A stretch of DNA of 58,824 nt, filler included, from Basidioascus undulatus (GCA_000826855.1; 5 parts of 5 records of this genome joined end to end with filler, not necessarily neighbours in it); one strand, 5' to 3'. Counted from the whole stretch's first letter, positions 1 to 11,700 are shown. A program made the numbers and translations. Notes: generated by a model from the letters alone, not told the origin.

Positions 1-1129
1 GTAGGCGTTCTCGTAGATCTCCTCCATGTCGTCCGAGCCGATGCCGTCAGCGAGGTAGGTCGAGAACTGCTTCTTGAAGCGCTCCTCGTCCTCCTCCTCG
101 AGGGACTCCATGTACTCCGCGACGTGGCCGCCGAAGATGTACTTGCGGAGCGTCTCGGCGTCGAGCTCCTTAGCCTCGATGTCGAAGCCAGGGAAGCGGT
201 TCTCCGAGTGAGGGATGAAGATGCCGCCGTCGGAGGCACCCTTGAGGGCACCGAAGACACGGGAGCCGGTCGAGGTGCGCTTCAGACCGACGTCGAGGAA
301 CGCCTTGAAGGGGCGCGGCTCGTCGTCGCCGAGGGGCTCGGTGAGGGTGAACTCACCGTCTGCAAACAACGCATTCGGTCAGTCCTCCGGTCTCTTGAGG
401 GCCAGCGAGCGAAATAGAAGACGCACCAGCCTCAGCAACACCCTCGTACTTGTCAGCAAGGCCGAGCTTGGTCAGGGCACGGCGAGCGACAAGGAGACCG
501 GTGGCGTAGGCTGTGGGGCAGCACGTCAGTAAAGGTGCGGGAAGTATGAGTTGGAGGCTGGAAAAGTAAGACGCACCAGCGGTCCAGTTGGTGAGACCGT
601 GGGCAATGCCGTACCGGGGCAGCTCACGGGAGCGCGCCTGGGTCAGAACAATGTCGCCCTGGAGCTTGGCCGAGACGATCTGGCAGATGATGTCCTGGAA
701 AAGGAAGATCCGGATTCATTATCAGGGTCGTAACTGCTGTTGAGCCCCCTCCCGCGCCCTCCTCCGCCATCCGGGCCACCCCGCGCCCTCGCAATCCTCC
801 GGCTTGCCTGGAAAACAGACCTACCTTGTTGGTGAAGCGGACAACCAGACGGTACTTGGGGGCGTTGTACTTGTTCTTCGCCTGGGCGACAAGGCGCTTG
901 CGGGCGTAGTAGTCGGTCTTGCCCTCGCGACGACGACGGTACTTCACTGCAAGTCGGAATCCAGTCAGGATTCCAGCTCCACATAAGCCCCAAAGAGCGG
1001 TTCCGGCGCACCCTGGTAGCGGCTGCACAGGGGGGAGGGTCAGCATACGGGTTCCAGCTGATCTGGTCCAGTGGGGGGTCGGACGCACGAGAAGTACGCG
1101 TTGTTCTTGACCTCCTTGACGAACGGCAT
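1..1129 (-). CDS. RPL5: 60S ribosomal protein L5 (uL18), multi-exon, 3' end outside window
   Basis: Spliced translation [65 protein letters not shown]...GLTNWTA...[40 protein letters not shown]; exons 1129-1089, 1022-1012, 946-825, 694 onward, all with GT-AG introns. Confidence 0.97.
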
Positions 1130-1344
1130 CTGGGAACGTAGAACATTTAGGTCCGTTGAGCACTTGGGATTGCTCATTCCACATGAACCCCCATCCGCCC
1201 AAACCTCCTCACACGAGAAGACCCTCATACCGCTGCCCCTTCCGCCCAATTGACCCTCCCATCACAATGCTCCAGAGCCTGCATTCCTCCGGTGCATTTT
1301 CTCTGCACAATTCCATCCCAGGTAGCACCGAGAAGGATACTCAC
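1130..1344 (-). other. 5'-UTR intron of RPL5 ending immediately before the ATG
   Basis: GTGAGT donor at 1344-1339; CCTAAAT branch-like motif; TTCCCAG acceptor abutting the ATG at 1129. Confidence 0.75.
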
Positions 1345-4300
1345 GACGAACTGTCGGTGCTTGCTGGAGGGGTCGGGCGAGCGGGGGACGGGCGAAGACG
1401 AGGAGCGCGACAGAGCTCTGGCCCTCTCAACTTTTCGCGGGCTCAACGCTGCACCGCTTACATAATCACTGCCTTCGCTGCACGCTTTTCACTTTCTGCA
1501 CATCCCTGCGCTGTAGGCTGCATTCACTTAATTTTAAGCCCTGACATTTTTGGCTGGTTTAGTAACACAAACGCAAGCCTCTGTTTTCACATGTGAAGAG
1601 AAGACACTTAAGCTGGAGGGGCAATGGAGTCGGCTGCTGGCTGCGACTACTACCCTGCTTCCACACCCGAATGCATCACCTTGGTATAATCCAACAACGC
1701 ATGCCTTATTTTGAACAGAACAAAAAAACAAAGGTTGAGATGTGGTGCATTCGTGTATCCTATGCCAACGTTGCATAGCACATCTGCGTGCGCAGGTCTT
1801 CACATTCTCCAACGCAGCACGGCCTTGGCCGTCGGTAGGGTAGCGACTTTCAACATTTCCGCCAGTGAAACCTTGGGCAAGAGTTTTATACATTACCCTT
1901 ACAAATTTCCCTTGATTGTTCTCCTGATGGGTAGTTTTCAGTGTCGGCAGAGTATTTGGTGCGCCTTCACTTCTCCATCCTCGAGCGCACTAACTGGATT
2001 CATGCAGTGGATATGCTCAAGATTTTTTGGGCTTCATAAAATTAGGTGTAAATTATCCTTGACGCCTGAGACGCGGAAGAGAAGACAAGTCCCCCTTAGG
2101 CGCATATGCAGTGAGTTTGATACGGCAGTCCAACTGTCGTGCTTCCAGCATGAACTGAAACTCTTGTCCAAAAGTAGAGTGTTTTTTTTTCAAATCAATT
2201 CGGCCCAAACTGTTAAGAAGCGGTGCGGTGGACCCGTTGCCACAATACAGTGGCGTGCGCAGGCATCGAGTCTCCCCCGCGGCCCTGTCTTCTGCATCCT
2301 CAGCAACTGTCAAGTTTCAAACAGACTTGACAACAACTATATGGAAGTACCTGTACACACGAGACATTTGCCCATTAAACTGCGGCTGCCTCGTCTTCAG
2401 CCTCGGGCGCCATGTAGAGCATTTGGTCTACCTTCACTTCTCCCTCCTCGCGCGAGCCAGACCAATACGCATACCGCTCATGCCCGGCGGCCACAAACAC
2501 GGCAGAGAGGGAAATGTGACGATCGCGCTCGGTGTGGCCGGTGCGTGGCTAGGCAGGATGCAGTTATGCATCCTGGGAATGCTACTCCATTGGGTTGGTG
2601 GGCATGGCATCCTTTCCCTGACGGATTCTGTAACAGACTATGGGTACACAAAGCCATGTTAGTCAAAAACATACTTGAAGCTGCCGGCGGCCATGTGCAA
2701 GCTGCAGCGCAGCATGCCGCGAACCAACTATGAATGTTTCACGCTGCTCGTGGATGGTCCCTTATCCCCGCATGAAATCCAGAAGGAGACACAATCTTCT
2801 TCAAGCTCTACTCTGTCAGGGAATCGATCACTTGCCAGCAGTGATAAACATGCAGTCTCTGCACCTTGGACAATTTTTGAGTGCCAGTGCCTGCAGTTTT
2901 TAGGCCCAGATCAAGATCCGAATTAGGAGGTGCATATTTTGGCCTCTATTTCACCCCCATAGAGGCTTTAACTCTTACTTTGAAGCTTGATTATATTTTT
3001 GCACAGGAGAATTTTTCAACCAGCACGCTCACTGAGCTGCTGCAAGCTGAACACAGACTGAATTCAGTATGGCTAGTGTGGTCTTGATTAAAAGTCCATA
3101 CTAGTCTTGCAGCAGGTAGTGCCTTTTTATAAGCACGGGCGGGACACGATCACTGTTTGAGGTTTATGCTGCTGGTGATGTCCATTGCCGTGCTTCCAGC
3201 AAGGCCTGTGCAACCAAATTACCAAGTACCAACACATGCTCAAACTTAACCTTCTTGTTTTTTCTCGAACACTTTGTGTGTAATAGGGAATCAATGAGGC
3301 TTGAGTTGTCTGGGCAAATTGAATGTGATTTGAACCAGTGAGAGCGCTTAATGTGCGCAGAGAAAACAAAAAGAGCACTGTGTGCTGTAGCCTTGTGGGC
3401 ATGCCCGACCCCTTGAAAGGTCTAGGGCAATATTTTTTTGGATTGTCTTTCTTGTGTCAAAAGGCACCTTATGGCGTGACGGTGCTGGGAAGCTTTGCAG
3501 CGCTTCTCAGCAATGGCTCTCACCACAAGGGGACACTCTGCTCACAGGAGCTCACTCAGCGGCCCTGGCAAGGCCTGCCGGGCTGGAGTAGGAAGAAGCA
3601 TGACCACTTTGCTAATTGCAACAGCGCTTCCTATAGGCAGGAGGTAACCCATAAAAGCTCGGTGTACTTGAATTCTAACTTGCATTCTGATGGGATCACC
3701 GCTTGAACCTTCGCGAACCTGAACCTTCGCGGGCTGAGTCTTCACGTGCCAGCCAGCCCCCACTTACTATTCGATGAGCTTTTGAGCGAGAACTGTCCAA
3801 AAGCTGAAAGCCTGCAGTAAAAGGATGTCCACCTTTATGGTGACATGAGCCTTTAAGCAGCCCGATCGTCATCGAGCTGCATTGGTACTATGGGCGGGCG
3901 TACATGGATTTTCTCTGCTTGCCCGCCCAAGCCTCGTTGCCGTCTGTTTTGGGCGTAACGCAGTGCATTCGACATCAAGGGCATCGCGTCAAGACTAACA
4001 TCTCTTGAACCACGGGCTTCCGTCAATGGTCTCGCGCTAATAACCACTCAGTGGTCGGTATAATGGGCATTTAGCCACTCCAACACTGCAACTGGGGCAG
4101 GCCCGTGCGGTTTCGCGGCTTGACAGCGCGGGCGATGCGCACAGTCCGAGTCGTGTCCACAATCCTGCAGTTCAACCTGTTGGAAAGTAGTCTGAAGATT
4201 GAGCTTCAATAAACTCACACATCCGACCCTAAAGACGATGGAAGATCCTGAAAACGGCAAGAAGCTGCATCCTGGTTATTTGAAGCCAAAATCTGCGGCA

Positions 4301-4964
4301 CGCAAGGCCTGGGGCTCAGCTGCCGAGTATTCTCACACTTCAGATAGGTTGGGCCACATAAACGTACGCCAAAGAACTGTCGGGCAGCGAATGTGACTCT
4401 GGCCCGACGGGCTGAGAGTACGCGCCGCGGAGGCGTAAGCCCGGTAAGGCGTGTCGGGTGGTCTCATGCAGATGCAAATTGAACGACGTGCCATGGACGA
4501 TGTGTGATAGGGCTTGATCGATACGTTTCACCTACGAAAGGACAGCAGGGATGGTACAGCTGGCCTTGCTCGAGCGCCTTGTGGGCAAGCAGTGCCCGAC
4601 TTTATAGACGAGTAGCGCGCACTGGCTGTCTTAAGCAAGGGAGGGGACTGGAGAATGCGCTTGACGGTAGGTGTGGGAGCCATGCCGAGCGCAGGCTGAA
4701 AGAGTCGTGCAATGGAAGACGATTTGGAGCGACCGCTCGCAGTTTGGAAGGAGCAGCCGCGACTGTCGGCCTGCGTTCCTTGCGAGATCCTTTAATGAGA
4801 CACGCGTAAGTCTGCTGCTCGAGGAAGCCCGAGAGAGCACAACACCCGAGCATTCAGTAGTGTTCTCTCTTCCCAATCAACGCAAAAGTCCCTCTACACG
4901 TCCTCCCTCCCTCCCTCCTCCCCACCCTGCTCCCCATTCTCAATCCCGCCGTCCCCGCTCGCGC

Positions 4965-6179
4965 TCATTTTCTCAGCCGCCCCACGAGCTCCTTCTGCAG
5001 CTCGCGCTTGCGGCGCTCCTCGCCGAGCCCCGCGGCAGAGCGGAGGTCGTTGACGACGTCGCGGGTCTTACCGAAGTAGACCTCGGCGAGCGAGTTGCGG
5101 ATGGAGCGCTCCTGCTCCTCGATCAGCTTGCCGATGTTCGAGATGTGCGATTGCTGAGTGGGAAGGGGGTGGGAGGACTCGACCTGCGTGTGGGGCGGGA
5201 GAATCAAGGGGGTAAGATGGTGGGGATATGGGCGAAGAGGGCGAGGAAGGGGAAGGAGAGGAAGGAGAAGAGGGGGAGGAAGGGGAAGGAGAGGAGGAAG
5301 AAGGAGAAGAGGAAGAGTAGAGGCAAGACAAAGAGGAGGAAGCGAGGCAAAGAAGGAAGAGGTGGAGGAGGAAGGACCACGCACCTGCCGCGTCAGCGAC
5401 CCGCCCAGCTCGACCTTCCCGAGGTCCCCCTCGACCTTCTCCCTCTGATCATGGACCAGACTAAGCGTAACCGTGCTCGTGAGCTTGTACGTCGCCTCAC
5501 GGCCCTGGGCGGAGACCTCGAAGACGTGGATGGCGTCCCACGCGCCCTGGTCGACGATCTTCTGGAGGAGGACGACGCCGGCGAACGCGGACGAGGACGG
5601 GCCCGCTAGGTCCCAGAGGTACACGGAGGAGACACCAGACTCGTAGTACATCTCCCGGTACGTGTCGAACGCGTCGTTCAGCGCCACTTCGAGCTTCCGC
5701 AGCGCCGGCGTGGGGACCGTCCCGTCCGAGAGGGGAGGGTCGTACGTGTTCGAGTGTGGTGATCTGAGGGACGGATTCAGGCCACGCTCAGAGCATTGAA
5801 CATCAACCTATACCCCAATTTCCCATTCTAATCCGCCCAGCATCCACCCGCCCAACCAGCTCAACAACGTCCACCGGACTCACCTCCAGCTGTCCCCATC
5901 ACGGTTATAATCGCAGACCAGATACTCCTTCCCGCCGTCCTTCTCGTCCCTCCGGACCTGCAGCGGCACATCCACGCTGCCGAGGAGCTCCTCCTGGAGG
6001 TCCGGGTCGTCTGCGACGAGCTGCGTGAGCACGTCGAGGTTTGCCGAGATGTGCTGCGGCGGCAGGCGCCGGACGAGGTCGAGCAGGTTCGTGAGCGGGT
6101 CGGGCTCGGTCCTGGCGCATCGCCCCCACTCATGTCAGTCTTCAGAGAATCAGAGCGGTGTAAAGCAGGAATCGCACAT
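4965..6179 (-). CDS. CAP2: F-actin capping protein beta subunit
   Basis: [128 protein letters not shown]; start codon assembled across intron 6177-6112. Confidence 0.95.
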
Positions 6180-6955
6180 TGTGGAGGGGTATGCGGAGAT
6201 GCTGGGAAGTGAAAGGGGGTTAAGGTGCTGGCTGCGAGCGTGACGCGGTTGAGCCTCGAAGCTACGCGCCGACAGCCGGGTGACCACCGTGGCCTGTCCT
6301 CGGACAACCGCATCCCGTTGCGAAGGACGACATTTTCAACCAAGGCAAAAGACTACAGTTTTTCGGATGTGGTATTCCAAGATGATAGAGTATTTTGTTG
6401 CTTCCTTTCAAATCCGGAAAGCAACATCGCAGGCCTCTTCAGAGGAATATAGAGTGTACAGCCCCGAGGCCTGACTCCGTTCTCCCCTCCTACTCACATT
6501 TGAGGCACGTAGTGCCCAACTTTCTAAAGTTATTCAATGACAACCCCCACACAAAGCAGTTCCCAGAACTCAATCTTAAGAAAGGCTGCCTCAGTCGTTG
6601 ACTACGCATTCGCGGCCCTGCCAAGCGACTGCATTGCCAGTTTCCATGTCCGCCTACACCAGGGACGATCACAGTCGGTATGCGTCTCTTCCATCCAAAA
6701 GAGCTCGAGAAACAAGCAGGTAGCCTGCGTGGTATTTATCTAGCACTCCACCGTGCAAGTGTACCGCGACGAGTTCTCCCCGCCGACGGGGTTCCACGAC
6801 GAGTCGTCGTGGTCCTCGCGCGTGAAGCGTATGGAGCAAGCTGATACCACTACGAAGGGCAATTCAGGGCCGACAGTCAGTGTGAGTCGATTGCAGCCTC
6901 GAGTTCCGTCGCAGCCGCTCGCACTCTCTCGCACTACATTCTGAAAGTCGCCACC

Positions 6956-7411
6956 ATGGGCATCGCCGGTGTTTCCACTGCTCTCATCGTCGCTTCTGTT
7001 GCTTCCCTGGCTGCAGCGGACACATGTAAGATCATGTTCGACTCAATCACGATGCGGGGGTGCGTATGTCTCCTCTCCACCCTGTCCCTTTCTCACACCC
7101 CCAAACCGTCCTAACCTTCGTCCTTCCTCTGCAGCCTCGGACCAGGCAAGCGCTCCGGGATTGAGCCGCGCCAAGGCCCGTTCAAAAACGGCGTGCGCCT
7201 GGCGTTCAAGAGCTGAATGACTCGGCGGGGCGGGGAGGAGCTCGGGCGGAACGATGCGGTGCACGACAACGAGTGGAACACGATTGGGATATCTCGCGCT
7301 ATTGACGGGTACGGCCACTACTCGCTGGGGCCGGGAAGGTGCAGGCCTAACTGGGGTGCGTTTAGGACCGTCCAGACAAATTTCGATCCGACTTTGGATG
7401 TAGGATGCTGA
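6956..7411 (+). pseudogene. Small secreted protein gene (about 125 codons) with one in-frame TGA; pseudogene or readthrough
   Basis: Kozak-like CCACCATGG; signal peptide MGIAGVSTALIVASVASLAAA|DT; clean intron 7060-7134 (GTGCGT, CTAAC, CTGCAG); TGA at 7214-7216 followed in frame by 64 more codons ending in DVGC*. Confidence 0.5.
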
Positions 7412-8639
7412 TAGTGGCGAGCGCGGTGGTGCAGCCTTCGGTGGCCCCAAGGCTCCCGACCCGGACCCGGCACCCCGTGCGTCAACCTCGAGATCTCGGC
7501 GGGGAACCAGCAGATCGATGCGGCGGAAGATCCATGCACCGGCCAAAACAGCACACGCGAACTCCAGCTTGTTTCAGCGGATGGTGGTCATGAAGTCGAG
7601 GCGTGACCCTCTAGCGAGGACTGTTTCGCCGCTCTGTTCATGGTAAAACAGAGCCACCATGCGACGATGCTACTCAAATGCCGTTGCTCCAAGAGGCAAG
7701 CATGCGGTTCTGCGCAGCAGCCCAGGCAGCGGCGAAAGGTGTAGGCGTTGCATGTTGGCCGCGGATCCGGAGCGCGGAAAGCAAGCGGCGGCGGACTTGC
7801 CATGGGCGACAGACCATCTTCCCAAATCCTGAAATTGGGTTGTAGTACCACCTGTTCACGTTTTTGAACGGTAGCAATGGCACACCGTAAGCCCCAGCGG
7901 AGGCAACGCAGCGCATGGCGGCGGAGGAGCGGGAGGCGGATGCGAGCGGCAAGGCGCGCGCGCTACTGACTGCGAGGGACGACGGGGAGAGGGAGGCGTC
8001 GGTAAAATAACATGCGGGAGGAAAGAGAAGTGAGCGGGGAGGATGTTAATGCGGGAGCAGGAGCAGGGGGAGGTCAAGGGAGGTCGTTTGCTAGATGTTT
8101 CGTGTTTCACGTTGCAACAAATTTTCAAGCCAGGCCAAAGCACCAAAGATTGCTGATATCCCTCTTTAGAAAGGAGAAGTTTTCGACCGCATAGCTTAGA
8201 AGGCCGGAAATGAATCGCACAGGTCATGGGGGCCACTGTGATATTGCGTCGTCTTCTGGTGCAATGCGGGAGTGCAGAGCTCTCGAGTGAGACTCAAGAG
8301 GGAAAAGAATTATTCTTACATTTTCCAACTCTTCCTCAGTATTACGCTCCATGCCCTTACTCGTCGACCGTCCTTAATGCAGTATGTGTCTTCCGCCGGT
8401 CCCTTTCTTTTTCATTCAACAGTGATACGGCATTTTTCACAAGTCCACATCAGTGCTTTTTCTTATCTGTCACGATAACAAGCACGGCATCTCCCAGCGT
8501 TCGATTGCATGCTCGTTGCTAGGGCGGGCTGATGATCTGCGCTGGCCTCGACGCACCGCCAAACTGTGTCTTCGCCAGATCTCGTCTTCCTTGCCTGGCG
8601 TCCCACCCCTGCTGATACCCTAGTCTTCCACCTCTTTTC

Positions 8640-8693
8640 TTCTACTTATTTCCGAGGCAGGCCCGATTCTACTTCCTTTCCAGGCAGGCCCGA
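8640..8693 (+). repeat. Imperfect 27-bp tandem duplication upstream of the OPT fragment
   Basis: ttctacttatttccgaggcaggcccga / ttctacttcctttccaggcaggcccga. Confidence 0.8.
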
Positions 8694-8752
8694 CACTATC
8701 TCACCCATCCCAGAATCTTATCAGAGCGCCGGCCGGTCTCCCGCTCACCATC

Positions 8753-9420
8753 ATGGCGTCCTACAAGTCGACCGACGACCTCGTCGACTCCAAGTCCGCG
8801 ACCGCCTCCACCTCTTCCTTCTCGCTAGCCGACTCGGAGAATAACGCGCCAGCCGCGCTCCCTACCCTAGAAGGCGAGGGAAAGTGCGAGAACAGCATCG
8901 GCGCGCTGTCGATCGCTACGCAGGTGATCTCGACGGAGGATGACCCGGCGCTGCCGGTTATCACTTTTCGGTTCTGTGAGTGGCCGAAGCTGTCTTTAGG
9001 GGGCAGTCGTTATCGGTCTTGGGCTCTCCTGCTTCGGCGCGATCCTCGCTACTATCTACTCGTTCAGTGCGTCTCTCTTCGTTTCCCCGCCGACGCAGCT
9101 GTTGAACTAACTCCCCTCGCTCCAGAGCCGCAGGTCGTAGTGATCTCAGACTTATTTTTCGTCTTCAGTTCCTTCCCCTTCACCACAAACAACTTCAAGC
9201 TCAATTTTTTCACCCCAACAGCCTGCTCCTCATCTCCTGGGTCATTGGCAACCTCCTCGCCAAGCTCCCTCGCGGCGGGGCGTGGAAAAACAACCACCCC
9301 GGGCCTTTCAAGTGCGCTTCTCCAGCCCCCGTCTTTCCTCAGATCTTGTCAGCTTTCTTACCGATGGGGGATATCCAGCATCAAGGAGCTGGTTGCATTA
9401 TGCACTTCTGCAAGCGAGGT
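8753..9420 (+). pseudogene. Truncated OPT-family oligopeptide transporter (N-terminal part only)
   Basis: ISTEDDPALPVITFRF-FVIGLGLSCFGAILATIYSF-KPQVVVISDLFF...LLLISWVIGNLLAKLP...HPGPF-IKE are typical OPT N-terminal motifs; similarity stops about 230 bp before the convergent PSD2 stop; abnormally short 31-nt first intron and a degraded third donor. Confidence 0.75.
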
Positions 9421-9646
9421 GTGCCATAAACCTATCCAGTTTCCGCGATCATGTATTGTGCGGGCATCATGCATCATATTTCGAGTGCTGCGGTATCAAA
9501 CTTTGAGTTTTGTCTCGTGAAAGCGATCGAGTTAAAGAGTGTAAAGAAATAGTGTCCTGAATGCGAACTTGACGATAATGTCGAACGATGAACGAAGTGC
9601 AACGAATGGTGATCAGTGAGAAGCGGTGATGGTGCGCTGCAAGAGT

Positions 9647-11676
9647 CTATGCAGAGGAGGCGGAGGACGATGAAGGCGGCGACAGGCGACCAACGCCCAT
9701 GCCCATACGGACGAGCGTCTCGAGCGACGCCCTGCTGTTGACGACCAGGTCGTCGTCCCACTTGCACGCGCCCTTCTCAAAGACGAGGACGATCTGCAAA
9801 GCACATAACGTCAGCATGCTGCCCCGGAGATACGAGCCTCGCAGTGAGACGAACCGTGGAGCCTCCGAAAGCCTACAGGATGGTGAGGTCAGCTTAGCCT
9901 TACGATAGCTAACGTGTTAGCAGCGATACACGTACGAAGTAGCCGAACTCCTCGCCCCGTTTGACCGTCTGGCCCTCTTCGACCGTGAGAAGGATCTGCG
10001 GTACAAATCCAGTATCAGCAACGATACTTGAGGTACCGAGCAGCAGAGCAGACGCTTACAGAGCCGACCATCATCGCGCTGTCGCAGGGAGCATAGATTA
10101 GCATGACCCGCGCTGCTGCGGCTTCTAGCGTTGTAACTTACCCGATGCAAACGGCCATGACCGTTCCGTATCGCTCAGTGTGGAACGGAACGATCATGCG
10201 GACGTTGTCGGTGAAGATGGAGATCCTGCGCCGGAATATAGCTCATCGTCAGCTATTGCCGGCACAAGCCTGATCGTGAATGAAGGGGGCAGAGACGCAC
10301 GGGGATCGAACGGCTTGCGGGTTGACCGTGTCTGTCAAATGGAAAGGTTGCAGCGTGAGCCAACGGGACGTTCACAACACGAGGGCAATGAGGATGGGAC
10401 GCACAGTATTCGCCCTCGATCTTGTTGATCTTCCCAATCTTACCGTCGACCGGGGAGTGGAAGCGGTGGTAGTCCTGTCGATCGACACACGCCCCGCCCA
10501 ACGGCGTCAGCTTCAAAACCTATCGCAACTCAAGCCGAAGTGAACGGCAGCTCACCTGAGGAGCAAGGCGGAAGATTCCCAACGCGCCACCCTCGTACGC
10601 GGCGTGCCTGTCCTTGTACGCGTCGCCGAGGAGCGAGCCGACTGTGAAGTCGCGGCCCTTGATCCAGATGCGCGTCGCCTCGGTCGACGTCTCGAACGCC
10701 ATCATGCGGCAGTCCGCGCAGCTGACCAGCCGGCTCGGGTCCTCGGGCGCCTCGACGGGGCGCGCGCCGTCTTTGAGCTTGCGGTAGAAGAACTGTGAAG
10801 GACTTTGTGGGTCAGATGCCGCGGCAGGTAAAGGGCGGTCAAGGAGGGAGGTCAGACCTCGTTGAAAGTCTCTGTGGATGGGTGCGGTACCGGTCAGCAA
10901 AGATCGAAGGCGAGGAAAGGAGGGCAGCAGATACTGCGACGCACTGAACGAGCCCAGCGGGTCCAGGATCTCCGCAACGTTGAGGTTGTGGAACGCGATG
11001 AAGTTGGGGATGTCGCGCGCCGACTCGGGGTCGTCGTACTTGATGCCTTGCTTGATCGACATGGACTTGAGCAAGCGTCGTGCTGCGATCCAAAGACCCC
11101 CATTAGCAAGACCATTCTCGCCTGCTGAAAGCTGGCAGTCGACAAGAGACCGCTCACCTCGCGGTCCCTCCATCTTGCTCCGCGCGCCCTTGTACAGCAT
11201 CCGGATCCCGATGCGCACATACATCTGCATCTTCTCCTCCTGCAGCTGGCCGGACAGTCGATCTTGGACGAGGATGTTCGCCGAGTTCTGCGCCGCGCCA
11301 CGATCCTCAAGCTCAGTACAAGTTCCGGATCCGGGATGCACGCTGGCGTCCACTCACCGCGCCGAGGGAGTACTGTCCCGTAGTGATCTTGCTCGCAATC
11401 TTGGAGATCCACTTGCGCTGTGCCTGGCTGGCGGTGACGTAGTTGCTGACGGCCATGCGGTTGAGGCGGCCCCAGTCGGTGGACGCGCAGACGGCGAGGT
11501 GGGAGATGATGTCGACCTCGGCCTTCTTGCTCATGCGGCCCTTGTGGCAGAGCGGGCACACGCGGATGTTGATCACCTGCTCGCGCGCCGCCGCGCCCTC
11601 GTCCGTCTCCGTCTCGCCCTCGAGGTCCGACGCGGACGGGCTCGGGCTCGGGCTCGTCGACGACGACGCCCCGGAG
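9647..11676 (-). CDS. PSD2: Phosphatidylserine decarboxylase 2 (C-terminal part; 5' end lost at contig break)
   Basis: NYVTASQAQRKW, EEKMQMYVRIGIRMLYKG, TFNEFFYRKLK, WIKGRDFTVGSLLG, IFRLAPQDYHRFHSPVDG, TVNPQAVRS, GAMMVGS, GEEFGYFAFGGST autocleavage motif, VRMGMGVG; TAG at 9649-9647. Confidence 0.95.
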
Positions 11677-11700
11677 AGATCGGAAGAGCGTCGAGTAGGG
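11677..11700 (+). other. Illumina adapter remnant at contig end
   Basis: AGATCGGAAGAGCGTCGAGTAGGG matches the known adapter AGATCGGAAGAGCGTCGTGTAGGG with one mismatch, directly before the N linker. Confidence 0.93.

Noticed and set aside
1711..2733. 340-aa ORF upstream of RPL5
   Set aside because: TTG start, no GC3 bias, no introns and no recognisable motif; probably chance or heavily decayed sequence
4671..5609. Long antisense ORFs over CAP2 (likewise over PSD2, FUM1, SPB1, eIF5B and SRE1)
   Set aside because: Shadow ORFs caused by high GC3 on the coding strand
7412..7650. SECIS element that would make the TGA at 7214 a selenocysteine
   Set aside because: No convincing ATGA..AA..GA kink-turn hairpin seen, and Dikarya are not known to have Sec machinery; SECISearch would settle it
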